NCBI GenBank assembly: GCA_963792965.1
Contig: CAWBYW010000005.1
Span: 33,064-97,063 of the forward strand
Direction of reading: 5' to 3'
Source: an uncultured delta proteobacterium
GTDB lineage: Bacteria; Desulfobacterota; Zymogenia; Zymogenales; Zymogenaceae
Length of the DNA: 64,000 nucleotides
Shown: in pieces, positions 50,876-60,912 of the stretch
How the letters are laid out: every line of letters starts with the position of its first letter
How positions within the stretch are numbered: position 1 is the first letter of the stretch
Notes under the pieces: model-generated
Databases searched by the model: none
Seen by the model: only the letters and a program-made list of their open reading frames with translations
Told to the model about the DNA's origin: nothing
Position numbers and translations under genes: made by a program

Positions 50876-51889
50876 TTATTTGACCAGCTCAATGATAGGC
50901 GCAAGCCCCGGCGTAAACGAGATCTTTCCATCGTCGGCGACGATGAGTACATCTACCGTCTTGAGCCGTTCGGCAAGCTCGATTCCCTTTTTAGGGCCGA
51001 GGACGAAGATAGCGGTGGAGAGGGCGTCCGCTATGGCGGGGTCTTCCGTGACCACGGTTACCGATGCGCAGCCACGGGCCGGGTAGCCGGTATGCGGGTC
51101 TATGATGTGGTGATACCTGACGCCGTCCACGAAGAAGCAGCGCTCGTAGTCACCGGAGGTCACGATGGCGATATCCTCGGCCTTGATGACGGCGACAAGC
51201 TTCTTTCCGTTCCGTGGGTCCTGCACGCCGATACGCCAGGGCTTGCCGGCTTTATCGCCGATAATGGCCATGTCGCCGCTGACGTTGATAACGCCGCTCG
51301 TCACGCCGAATCTTAGAAGAACGTCTCGGGCAGCTCTGGCCGCGTATCCCTGGGCAATGCCGTCCAGATTGAGCCTGACCGCCGGATCTATAATGGTAAG
51401 GGTCTTATGTGTCGGGTCGAGGGTTACCCTGTGGTAATCGACGAGTCCCAGATGCCCGGCGATCTCTTCCGGCTTGGGAAGCCTGCCCCCGATGTCGAAG
51501 CCCCAGAGGTCAAAAACCGGCGTGATCGTAATGTCAAATGCCCCACCGGTCTGGTCCGCGATGCTGCCTGAGATACGAACCATCTCGAGCATGTCCGGCG
51601 ACACCGGGATCGGACGTGGGTCCTTACGTCGGTTGATATGCGTTATCTCGCTGTCCGCGGTGAACCGGTCCGTAACTTTCTCGATCTCGGAGATTCGCGC
51701 GAACGCCGCGCTCAACGCCTCCTCGAGCCTATTCCTGTCTTCCCCCATAATGGTGATCTCGACGACGGTGCCGAGGGTAAGGCGGGAATCGGTGACCGTC
51801 ACGGTATCTTTCTTAATATACCAGCACACCACCAGGGAAAGGATTATCACTGGGACGGCGGCGTAGAGTATAATCCGACCGAGCTTCAC
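50876..51889 (-). CDS. apbE: FAD:protein FMN transferase (ApbE)
   Basis: LGTVVEI, DSEITHIN, GAFDIT, GIAQGY, TSGDYER, YHHIIDPHTGYP, ADALST. Confidence 0.92.
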   Translation of the reverse strand: MKLGRIILYAAVPVIILSLVVCWYIKKDTVTVTDSRLTLGTVVEITIMGEDRNRLEEALSAAFARISEIEKVTDRFTADSEITHINRRKDPRPIPVSPDMLEMVRISGSIADQTGGAFDITITPVFDLWGFDIGGRLPKPEEIAGHLGLVDYHRVTLDPTHKTLTIIDPAVRLNLDGIAQGYAARAARDVLLRFGVTSGVINVSGDMAIIGDKAGKPWRIGVQDPRNGKKLVAVIKAEDIAIVTSGDYERCFFVDGVRYHHIIDPHTGYPARGCASVTVVTEDPAIADALSTAIFVLGPKKGIELAERLKTVDVLIVADDGKISFTPGLAPIIELVK

Positions 51890-51893
51890 CGGT

Positions 51894-52319
51894 TTATGGC
51901 TCTTCTTCGTCGGAGCTGGTGAACGCGAGCTTACGGTACTCCCGCTCCTCCTTGAACTCCTTTTCGATGGTCAGCGCCTTTTCCATTTCCGACTGGCAGC
52001 TCACGCAGTATCGCGTGAACGGCATGATCATGAGGCGCTCGTTGGGTATGGGCGTCTCGCACTCCTCGCAGACACCGTAAGTCCCCTCATCGATCCTCTT
52101 GATGGCGTCCTCTATCTCAAGGAGTTTTTCACGATCCCTATCGGAAATCAAGAGATTCAGCTCGCGGTCGCGCTCGCTGCTGGCCAGATCATAGATATCA
52201 CCGACCTCGGTCTTTATGGTGTCGTCACTCTCCGAGCGGGCCTTGTCCTTGATTTCCTTTATCAGATCGTCCCGCATCTTCAGAAGAAGGTCCCGAATCT
52301 CTCTTTTATCTTCGTCCAT
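51894..52319 (-). CDS. dksA: DksA/TraR C4-type zinc finger protein
   Basis: Coiled-coil tip DIYDLAS; GTYGVCEEC...RL...P.TRYCVSC. Confidence 0.85.
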   Translation of the reverse strand: MDEDKREIRDLLLKMRDDLIKEIKDKARSESDDTIKTEVGDIYDLASSERDRELNLLISDRDREKLLEIEDAIKRIDEGTYGVCEECETPIPNERLMIMPFTRYCVSCQSEMEKALTIEKEFKEEREYRKLAFTSSDEEEP

Positions 52320-52475
52320 ATTGGCTCCATGGTATACGTCTTTAGAAAACCGCTATCCAGTAAGATAATCACGAAATCTCGCTATTCAAGCAAATTGAGC
52401 TTTGAAAATATATACCATTTTATCCCTTTGTCAAGGGAAAACAGGCCCTCTCGCGGGCGTCACCCCCACCTGACG

Positions 52476-53783
52476 TCATGAAACAATCGTCCCCACAAGG
52501 TCATAGGGAAGCGCGTCGGTAATTTTCACCCTGACGATCCGTCCCGGCGGCGCGTCGGAGCCCGTGATGATTACCATGCCGTCTACCTCAGGCGCCTGTC
52601 CGAAAAATCTCCCCCTGAGGGCCGCCGTCCCTCCGTCGGATGCCCCCTCCACGAGCACCTCAAGCTCGGCCCCGATTAGCCGCTCGTTGTGGATAAGCGA
52701 TATCTCCTGCTGGCGAGCCATGATCAGGTCCCGGCGTTCGCGCGCTACTTTCTGTGAAACGCGCGGCCTCAGGTCCGCCGCCCTCGTGCCCTCCTCTCGG
52801 GAATAGCGGAAGACTCCTACGTGATTAAACTGCGCCTCCCCCACGAAATCCAATAACTCCTCAAATCTCCGCTCGTCCTCGCCCGGGAACCCGACGATGA
52901 GGCTTGTTCGGACAAAGAGGTCCCTGACGCCGCCCCGCATCCGTTCTAAGAGCGATATGATCTCTTTCTTGTCGATCTTGCGTCCCATCGAGCGTAACAG
53001 CTCGTCGTTGATATGCTGGATGGGAATGTCCGCGTAGGTGAGGATGCGCCGCTGGGACCCGATCATCTCGATGAGCTCGTCGGTGATATTGCGCGGGTGG
53101 AGATAAAGGAGCCGGATCCAGGGGACGTCGGTCTCTTCGAGAATCGCCCGCAGGAGCCCGACAAGCCCCCCCGCGCCGTCCCGGTCCATGCCGTATGCCG
53201 CAAGGTCCTGGGCGATGAGATTGAGCTCGATGAGCCCTCGATCCTCCAGCCGATGGACCTCGTTGACGATGTCGGGGATCTGCCGGCTCCTGAGGCTACC
53301 TCGTATGGAGGGTATCACGCAGTATGAGCAGCGGTTGTTGCAGCCTTCCGACACCTTCACGAAGGCGGTGAAGAACGGAGTCGAGGGGATGCGCCGTGTT
53401 GTGCCAGGGGACCAGTCATCGGGCAATCCCACCGAAACCCGCTCGCCCCCGAGGAGCTCGGGGAGCCGGGTGTGCCTTCCGACGCCGACGAAGAGATCGA
53501 CCTCGGGCATCTCGAGGGCAAGCTCGGCGCTAAAGCGCTGGGCAAGGCATCCGGAGACGACAAGATAGGAACCTTCTTTCTTATCCCGGGCCGACCGGAG
53601 GATCGCGTCAATCGATTCCTCCTTGGCCTCCCGGATGAAGGCGCAGGTCTGCACCACTATGAGGTCGGCATCACCCACGGACTCGACAGATCGATAGCCC
53701 GCATCGATGAGCGTTCCGGCCGCCTCTTCGGCGTCGATGATATTTTTATCGCACCCGAGGGCGACGATACAGAAGGTGCGCAT
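52476..53783 (-). CDS. rimO: Ribosomal protein S12 methylthiotransferase
   Basis: LGCDKN, TCAFI..AKEES, GCLAQR, CNNRCSYC, WIRLLYL, QAPEVDG (TRAM). Confidence 0.92.
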   Translation of the reverse strand: MRTFCIVALGCDKNIIDAEEAAGTLIDAGYRSVESVGDADLIVVQTCAFIREAKEESIDAILRSARDKKEGSYLVVSGCLAQRFSAELALEMPEVDLFVGVGRHTRLPELLGGERVSVGLPDDWSPGTTRRIPSTPFFTAFVKVSEGCNNRCSYCVIPSIRGSLRSRQIPDIVNEVHRLEDRGLIELNLIAQDLAAYGMDRDGAGGLVGLLRAILEETDVPWIRLLYLHPRNITDELIEMIGSQRRILTYADIPIQHINDELLRSMGRKIDKKEIISLLERMRGGVRDLFVRTSLIVGFPGEDERRFEELLDFVGEAQFNHVGVFRYSREEGTRAADLRPRVSQKVARERRDLIMARQQEISLIHNERLIGAELEVLVEGASDGGTAALRGRFFGQAPEVDGMVIITGSDAPPGRIVRVKITDALPYDLVGTIVS

Positions 53784-53855
53784 ACGTCAAACCCGAAAAG
53801 AATAAATGAGGCCTTGTTCACGGCCCCATTTCTTGGTTCGTCTTCGCTTGGAGCG

Positions 53856-54578
53856 TTACTTGTTTTTTTCTTCGATCTCGATCTTGACGTCGGACTTCGG
53901 CTTCGGCGCCGTCTTCGTCTCTATCTTGATCGTCTCCACCCCATCCGGGACGATGAAATGAAACATCGAATCCTTGAGCCCCGAATTAACGGAGATATCC
54001 TTGAACGCGATCCGCGTGACGTTCCCCAGCACGTCATACGTATTGAGCTGACTGATTATATAGTCTTTCTTGGTAACGAGGATCAGGACCTTGTCAATGC
54101 TGCTGTTTTGGGATTTCGGCGCCAGCACGATGAGATAGTAATCGTTCGCCTTCTCTTTTCCCGGATCTCCCAACGTCGCTGTGAAATCGTCCTTGATCTT
54201 CCCTTTTCCGAAGAGGAAGTTCAGGAACGGGAGGTTTTCGAACGCCTCGGCGGTCTTGTAAATCCTCACCTGTTTGTCGTCAGGGATGTAGAACCAGAGG
54301 GTCTGTCCGTCGCTGATGATCTGCTGTTTCTTCGGGTCGGTATATTCCCAGCGCATCATCCCGGGCTTCTTGATATAGACCTTTCCGTTTATGACCGCCG
54401 GCGCTCCGAGACTCTTTGATATCGTCTCCTGCGTGAAGAGCGCGCTATAGTCGTTGGTCTGGTCGTATTGTGCCTGCAACTTGTCGACGACATCTCCCAC
54501 CGCTTCCTGACCATATGCGCTCAGGCCGAGACAGACCATAAGGACCAGAAAAAGGGTGATAACACCTATACGTTTCAC
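53856..54578 (-). CDS. lolA: Outer-membrane lipoprotein chaperone
   Basis: Signal peptide; FTQET, KKPGMMRWEY..P..Q.IISDG.TLWFY.P...QV; between ftsK and rimO. Confidence 0.88.
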   Translation of the reverse strand: MKRIGVITLFLVLMVCLGLSAYGQEAVGDVVDKLQAQYDQTNDYSALFTQETISKSLGAPAVINGKVYIKKPGMMRWEYTDPKKQQIISDGQTLWFYIPDDKQVRIYKTAEAFENLPFLNFLFGKGKIKDDFTATLGDPGKEKANDYYLIVLAPKSQNSSIDKVLILVTKKDYIISQLNTYDVLGNVTRIAFKDISVNSGLKDSMFHFIVPDGVETIKIETKTAPKPKSDVKIEIEEKNK

Positions 54579-54590
54579 GTGTCTGCTCCT

Positions 54591-56849
54591 TTATGTTTTG
54601 TTAATGAACACCTCCCGCGGCTTGATGCCGTCGGAAGGCCCGACGATACCGTCATCCTCCATCTTCTCGATGATTCGCGCCGCGCGATTGTAGCCGATCC
54701 TCAAGTGCCGCTGTATCAGCGAGATCGAGGCCTTCCCCGTCTCGGACACAAGAGCCACCGCCTCATCGTACCTTTCGTCATACTCGTCGCCGTTGCCGGT
54801 CGCCGTTTCTTCTCGCGCCTCGAAATCGACCTCCTCGTATTGCGGCTCACCCTGTTCCTTCATAAACTCGACCACCCGCACTATGTCCTCCTCGGACACG
54901 AAGGCCCCGTGGACACGAATCAGTTTTGAGGTCGCCGGGGGCAGGAAGAGCATGTCTCCCTTGCCCAAAAGGTGCTCCGCGCCGGACGTGTCGAGAATCG
55001 TACGCGAATCGACCCGCGAAGAGACCTGAAATGAGATACGTGCCGGGAAATTGGCCTTGATAACCCCCGTCAAGACGTTCACCGACGGCCGCTGGGTAGC
55101 CAGGATCAGGTGAATGCCGGCGGCCCGTGCCATATGGGCAAGCCGGGTAATCGACTCCTCCACCTCTTTTGACGAGGTCATCATCAGGTCCGCCAGCTCG
55201 TCGATGATGACCACCAGCAGCGGCATCTTTCCGTTGTCCTCCCCGTCCCCCGGCTCCTTGTGCTCCGCGGAGCCCACCGATTCCACTTTGGCGTTATAAC
55301 CGGAGATATTCTTTACCCCCATTTCCGCCATGATTCTATAGCGCCGCTCCATCTCCTCGACTACCCACCTGAGCGCCAGCGCCGCCTGCTTTGGATTGGT
55401 CACCACCGGGAGCATGAGGTGCGGAATTCCCTTGTAGAGGGAGAGCTCAAGCATCTTCGGGTCGATCAGGAGGAACCTGACCTCTTCCGGCGTCGTCTTG
55501 TAGAGGATCGAAAGGATGATGGTGTTGATGCAGACGCTCTTGCCCGCCCCGGTCGCTCCGGCGACAAGAAGATGCGGCATCCTGGCCAGATCGGCCATCA
55601 CGGGGTTCCCGTAGATATCCTTCCCGAGCGCGCAGGTCAGCTTGGATTTTGACTGCTCAAACTTATCGGACTGGATGATCTCCCGCAGTCGCACGGTCTG
55701 CCTCGTGCTGTTGGGGATCTCGAATCCGACCACGGATTTCCCGGGGATCGGGGCGATGATCCTGAGCGAGTAGGCCGACATCGCCATAGCGATGTCGTCA
55801 GCCAGCGCCGCGATTTTATTGATCCGCTCACCCGCCGCGGGCTCAAATTCGTACAGGGTAATGATCGGCCCCGGCCTCACCTCCGTGACTCTCCCCTTGA
55901 CGCCGAAATCGAGGAGTTTCTTTTCGAGGTTTCTGGCCGTCGAGACGAGAAGATCCCGATCGACCGAATCATTCTCGATATCGCCCGGCGTGAGGAGATC
56001 TATCGGTGGAAAGTGCCAATCCCCCGCGGCGCGCGCATGGGGCAGCCTGACGACCTCCTCGTGGGCCGTCTTTTGCGCACCGATCTTTTTTGGGGCATGA
56101 TCGATGACGGGGGCGGGCTCGGCATCTTCGCCTTCTTCCGTCTCCTCTTCGTCCTCTTCCGTCTCTGGGCCCGCACTGATCCTCTCTTCATCTTCTTTTG
56201 CGTGCACTCTTTTCCCCTCTCGCGCGTTCGCCTTTTCCGGGCCCTTCTCCTTGGGAGTGGCCAACGACCCGATGCCTCTCACGAGTGCCCAGGAGAACGT
56301 CGCGACCCTCGCCACGGATGAGGCGATCTCTCTCATCGTGATCCCCAACAGGATGATCACGAAGAGAACTAAGGAGAGGACCGAAAAGATCAGCGCCCCG
56401 GCTGTGTTAAAGAGCCCCTTGAAGATACCCGCCAACGCAAGGCCGGCCGTACCCCCCGCAAGGATCGTCTCACCGAACAGCACCTCTTTGGATCCAAAGA
56501 CGAGCCCAAGTATCGTCACGGCCGAAAGCACGATGAAGAGGCCGCACAAAAGGTCAAACATGAGATACGGGATTCCCTCCTTCCTGAAGAAGTGGATCGC
56601 GCAGATCAAGAGGGCCGGAGGGATAAGAAAGGCCGCGACACCGAGCCATACAAGGGCAAGGGCCGCAAGGTAGGCGCCCACGACCCCACCGTAATTCTGG
56701 ACGGCACCCGAATAGCCGGTCGTCACAAATGACGGGTCCGTATAATGATACGAGACCAGGCTCACGGCCAGGAACAGCGACATGCCCAACAGAAAGAGGC
56801 CGATCGCGTCCCGAAGAATTATGTTCTTGATGATGAGAAACTTCGCCAT
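54591..56849 (-). CDS. ftsK: DNA translocase FtsK
   Basis: 4TM N-terminus ([11 protein letters not shown]), [29 protein letters not shown], gamma domain [11 protein letters not shown]; ATG 56849. Confidence 0.95.
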   Translation of the reverse strand: MAKFLIIKNIILRDAIGLFLLGMSLFLAVSLVSYHYTDPSFVTTGYSGAVQNYGGVVGAYLAALALVWLGVAAFLIPPALLICAIHFFRKEGIPYLMFDLLCGLFIVLSAVTILGLVFGSKEVLFGETILAGGTAGLALAGIFKGLFNTAGALIFSVLSLVLFVIILLGITMREIASSVARVATFSWALVRGIGSLATPKEKGPEKANAREGKRVHAKEDEERISAGPETEEDEEETEEGEDAEPAPVIDHAPKKIGAQKTAHEEVVRLPHARAAGDWHFPPIDLLTPGDIENDSVDRDLLVSTARNLEKKLLDFGVKGRVTEVRPGPIITLYEFEPAAGERINKIAALADDIAMAMSAYSLRIIAPIPGKSVVGFEIPNSTRQTVRLREIIQSDKFEQSKSKLTCALGKDIYGNPVMADLARMPHLLVAGATGAGKSVCINTIILSILYKTTPEEVRFLLIDPKMLELSLYKGIPHLMLPVVTNPKQAALALRWVVEEMERRYRIMAEMGVKNISGYNAKVESVGSAEHKEPGDGEDNGKMPLLVVIIDELADLMMTSSKEVEESITRLAHMARAAGIHLILATQRPSVNVLTGVIKANFPARISFQVSSRVDSRTILDTSGAEHLLGKGDMLFLPPATSKLIRVHGAFVSEEDIVRVVEFMKEQGEPQYEEVDFEAREETATGNGDEYDERYDEAVALVSETGKASISLIQRHLRIGYNRAARIIEKMEDDGIVGPSDGIKPREVFINKT

Positions 56850-56854
56850 TTCGC

Positions 56855-57649
56855 CTACAGAGAATTTATGATAATAAGGAATACCCCGAGTATGACGAGG
56901 TAAACCGAAAAGATCCAGAGCTTCTTGTTGACGACAAACCGGAAGGTCAGCCATATCGCGGCCAGCCCCACGAGGCATGAGACCGCGACGCCGACGACAT
57001 ACCTGATATCGAAGGCGGCAAGATCGCCGACGCTCAATATGAAGGCGCCGAGGACCGCCGGTATCGCCAGCAGAAAGGAGAACCGGGCGGCGGCCTCCTT
57101 CTCGATGCCGGTCAAGAGCCCCCCCGCGATGGTCGATCCGCTCCGCGAAATGCCCGGCGTGATTGCGACCGCCTGGAAGAGCCCGATGATCAGCGCCTCC
57201 TTTATACCCATGGACCCTATCGGCCGCGCGTTCTTGTTTGCCGTTGCCCTCCTCTCCGCGATCAACAACAGCGCCGCGGTGACAAGAAACATGAAGGGGA
57301 TGATCCGCGCGTTCTCAAAGAGGCCCTCGATCCGATCCTTGAATAGAACCCCGACGATTCCCGCGGGAATGCTCCCGATGATAATGAGAAGTCCCAGACG
57401 GCGCCACTCCCCCGCCTCGGGCGCATGCCAGCTGAAGAACGAGGATACGATCTTCCAGATATCCTTGTAGAAGTAGATGACCAGCGAGATCAGCGTCCCG
57501 AGGTGCAAGAGAACGTCAAATGGCAACGGGGTGGACGTAAACCAGGGGAGGTAGTGCTGGGCGATCACGAGGTGACCGGAGGAGCTGACCGGGAGAAACT
57601 CCGTAAGCCCCTGTATGACGGCCAAGATAATGATGATAAGAAACGGCAT
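56855..57649 (-). CDS. uppP: Undecaprenyl-diphosphatase
   Basis: [35 protein letters not shown]. Confidence 0.95.
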   Translation of the reverse strand: MPFLIIIILAVIQGLTEFLPVSSSGHLVIAQHYLPWFTSTPLPFDVLLHLGTLISLVIYFYKDIWKIVSSFFSWHAPEAGEWRRLGLLIIIGSIPAGIVGVLFKDRIEGLFENARIIPFMFLVTAALLLIAERRATANKNARPIGSMGIKEALIIGLFQAVAITPGISRSGSTIAGGLLTGIEKEAAARFSFLLAIPAVLGAFILSVGDLAAFDIRYVVGVAVSCLVGLAAIWLTFRFVVNKKLWIFSVYLVILGVFLIIINSL

Positions 57650-57670
57650 GAGCCCCCCTTTGAGTTATAT

Positions 57671-57699
57671 ATAGTAGACCAATATTATTACTTTGTCAA
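57671..57699 (-). promoter_or_regulatory. Sigma70 promoter
   Basis: Minus strand TTGACA-N17-TACTAT upstream of uppP. Confidence 0.65.
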
Positions 57700-57925
57700 T
57701 CAATACCCAGGCAAAGGGTATTGTACAGCCGCTCGGGCAGGAAACGGAGGAGGCCATGTAACAATACAGTAGTATCTTAGTCGCAGTCCCGGCCGCGTGA
57801 GATGCTCACACTCGGCCCTTACAGCCTGAGATTATCGCACTACTTGCGACCCCTCTGACGGGGGTCGAATCGCCTTTAATGCTCCGATGGGGAACGGGGG
57901 ACAGGGCCGGAGTCAAACCGAGCCG

Positions 57926-58549
57926 CTACACCTTTTTCTTGAGCTCTGTAATCCGCCCGACGATCAGCTTATTGAGGGACACTATATCTTTCTCGGTCTG
58001 GTCTCTCCCCTTCAGCCTCGCGACATATATCGGCCGTCCCACCGAGAGGTAGACCTCAGGGCTCCCGATCTTCCCTCCCCAGCGGGGTTGATTCTGGAAC
58101 GCGCCCGAGATTGCCGCCACAACCACCGGGACCCCTGCCGCCAGCACGAAACGAATCGTCCCCCTCCTCAAAGGGAGGAGCTCTCCGTCCCACGTTCGCT
58201 CGCCCTCGGGGTAGATACCGACCATTCCCCCGAACTGGAGCACTCTCATCGCGTTCTTCAGCGAGATCGGGTCGATGTCATACCGGCGGACCGGAAAGGT
58301 CCGCGAGAGATAGAAGAACGCCCTCCGCGCGGCCGACTCGAACTCCGTGCTCTTGGTCATATAGTAGACCTTCCGCGGTAGATAGCACCCGATTAAAAAG
58401 GAATCCACGAGGCTGGTGTGGTTGCAGAGGAATATTGCCGGCCCTTTCTCGGGGATATTTTCCATACCCTCTAAGTGTATCGTGTACTTGAGTCTTAGTC
58501 CGGTCTTAACCAGAAAGAGGATGATTGCGTATACGGCGTCCAGCAGCAC
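57926..58549 (-). CDS. plsC: 1-acyl-sn-glycerol-3-phosphate acyltransferase (PlsC family)
   Basis: NHTSLVD, FPVRR, IYPEGERT. Confidence 0.85.
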   Translation of the reverse strand: MLLDAVYAIILFLVKTGLRLKYTIHLEGMENIPEKGPAIFLCNHTSLVDSFLIGCYLPRKVYYMTKSTEFESAARRAFFYLSRTFPVRRYDIDPISLKNAMRVLQFGGMVGIYPEGERTWDGELLPLRRGTIRFVLAAGVPVVVAAISGAFQNQPRWGGKIGSPEVYLSVGRPIYVARLKGRDQTEKDIVSLNKLIVGRITELKKKV

Positions 58550-58573
58550 GGCTTTTCTCCATCAGGGGATTTC

Positions 58574-59194
58574 TTAATGAAATGTGATCCGGGGATGAAA
58601 TTCCTTGACTTTTCTGTTCCCATAAAATTCCTGCACCACCCTTCGAATGTAGTCCTCCCACTTCTTGCCGCTCTCGTTGGGAAAAGAGACGGAGACGGCG
58701 TATCCCCTCTTCGTATTCATAAGGACATTATGGGACTCGATCGTCACCGAAGAGAGCTCCTCCAGCCCGATCTCGTACTCTTTCGTGCCCCGGAAAAAGA
58801 GGCGCCTGTTTGTGAGATAGAGATTGCCCGTGTCAATAAGGGAAAACCGGAAGAGCTGCGCCCTGATCCTCTTATACCCGCGAAAGACCCCCGCCTTTTG
58901 TTCGAAGAAAAGCTCGGCCCTGTTGCTCTTGGCCCACAGCACCTCACCCTTCTCCGGCGTGAAGCCGTCGTCTTGTGCCTTCGGCACGCCCGACGCTGCG
59001 ATCCTCTCATAGGCCTCGCGAAGCGTCATTATCTCCTCCCGTCCCGCCGAGGCAACCTTCACCCGATAGTCCTCCGTATACGAGTATACGGCCCCGCACT
59101 TTCGGCACCGTATATCACCGCCCTTATCGGTCACGATCGATTCCTGCGCCAGGCATAGCGGGCACTTGTAGAGGAATTTTTCGAGCATCGCCAC
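58574..59194 (-). CDS. Zinc-ribbon + PH-like hypothetical protein
   Basis: LEKFLYKCPLC...CRKCG; GNLYLTNRRLFF. Confidence 0.65.
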   Translation of the reverse strand: MAMLEKFLYKCPLCLAQESIVTDKGGDIRCRKCGAVYSYTEDYRVKVASAGREEIMTLREAYERIAASGVPKAQDDGFTPEKGEVLWAKSNRAELFFEQKAGVFRGYKRIRAQLFRFSLIDTGNLYLTNRRLFFRGTKEYEIGLEELSSVTIESHNVLMNTKRGYAVSVSFPNESGKKWEDYIRRVVQEFYGNRKVKEFHPRITFH

Positions 59195-59275
59195 TTCCTT
59201 AGGATATAATAAAATAGTCTAAGTCATTTCGCCGACAAAATCAACCCTTTTCCCCCATCAACACGGTGCGGAGAT

Positions 59276-59309
59276 AAAAAAACCCCTGGGGGTTTCCCCC
59301 CAGGGGTTT
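59276..59309 (-). terminator. Intrinsic terminator of the porin pair
   Basis: AAACCCCTGGGGG-TTTC-CCCCCAGGGGTTT with a U-tract on the minus strand. Confidence 0.8.
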
Positions 59310-59328
59310 ACGTTCACCGTCTTACGAC

Positions 59329-60851
59329 TTAGAACTCATACAGGAGGGTATTGCTGACCGACCAGATTGGTCCCCAGGTCTCCCTTCCACCGGCTGCGTT
59401 GACATAGTCAAACGAGTCGCCGGGGAGCAGCACGCCTGCTGCCAGGGTGTAGCTCAGACCTTCCATGATCTGATACCTGAAGCCGAAGTCGATTTCCCAT
59501 CCGAGGTCCTTGCTGGCTTCCCAGGAGTTGAACTTGTAGTTCTTCGTGTTGAAGATGCTCATCCCGTTGATCGGGTGCGGATAAGCGGGGCCTGCCGCCA
59601 AAACTCTCGGGCCGGACCCAACTTCTTCCGTCCACTGTCCCCAGATGACTGCCGCGTTGAGGGTCAGTTTCTCGATCGGGCTGAACTCGAAGTACATTTT
59701 CACTGCGGTCAGGTTCTCGACGTCGTCGCCGAAGCCGGGGCCGAACCAGACCGAGTTGGTATTGCCGCCGCCGCCGTTGCCGATAATGTTGGCAAAGACG
59801 AAGTCATCGGTGGTCATGAAGTGTTCCTGGTCCGCGATGAAGTTCATGTTGACGTCCCTGATCGTGCCGGCGGCCGGAACACCAGCGCCGTTCACCCACA
59901 GGTGATGCTCGCCTGAGCCTCTGACAAACGCCAGGCCGACCCTGAACGCCGGGTCGTCCATGTAGAACGATGCGTCGAGGTAGAGGTTCATGCCCTGGAT
60001 GGTCATCTCATTGTCGTATGCCGGGTTGTTGAACGCGCCGGTGGTGTTAAACCGGTCCGTCCGAACAGGAAGCTCATCTCGCCCTTGAGGTCGATCATGT
60101 TGGCGATGTTGCCGGTGTAGGCCACGCCCGCGTAACCGAGGGTCGTGTGCGCGTTAACCAGCTCGCCGGTGCCGTAAATGTCGTCAGCAACCTCAGCGAA
60201 CCAGCCGCCGATGCCGCCGGAATTATCCGTCAGCACGCCGCCCCACAGGTCGATGGTGTTTTTGTCGTTCGGGGTGATGGTGAGGTCTGCGCCCCAGAGG
60301 TCCGCGTCACGGTTGTAGGTGGGGTCACCCACGCCGTTCGTAACATCGTCATGGAACTTGAAATAGAATGCGGAAACGCCTACCGGGCCCCACTTGTTGG
60401 CCCATCTGATGCCCTCATCACCGGGGGCAGTCTGCGCGAGCATGAGGCCATAGCCGAGCTCCAACGGCTGCTTGCCAACGGTGAATGTGCCGATCTTGGG
60501 CAGGGTGAACTCAAGGTACGCCCAGTCGACATAGCTGCCGTCCGTGGCGTTGTTGATCCTCATGTTCCGCTGCTGTCCCCACGTGTCCTCGACGAGGTCA
60601 AGGCGGACAACGGCTTTCAGGAATTCGCTCCGCTTGTGGGTGATGGTGAGGCGGAACCTCTGGTCAAAATAACCCGTGTAGAGCGGATGCTGATCGTCAA
60701 ACGACAGATTCCCGGGCTTCTTGTCGAAGTTCCACTCGGTCCATGCCCGGACGCGATACTGTCCCTGGAAGGTCGTGTCTGCCGCGTAGGCAACGCCCGC
60801 GACCGCGACCAAGAACAGCGTCACAATGAAAAGTGTTAATGCCTTTTTCAT
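59329..60851 (-). CDS. Outer-membrane beta-barrel porin (paralog 2), frameshift ~60050
   Basis: Signal peptide AYA|AD; FQGQYRVR, YFDQRFRL; LGWEIDFG; C-terminal NTLLYEF (Bam signal); the two ORFs join by adding one base. Confidence 0.78.
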
Positions 60852-60912
60852 CTAATTCCTCCCTTTATTCCTGGTTTTTAACCCTTTAAAAACCAACGCA
60901 CAAAACGCCCGC

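Noticed and set aside
56850-56978. N-terminal extension of FtsK in the ORF track
   Set aside because: Overlaps uppP; ATG 56849 right after the uppP stop is more plausible.
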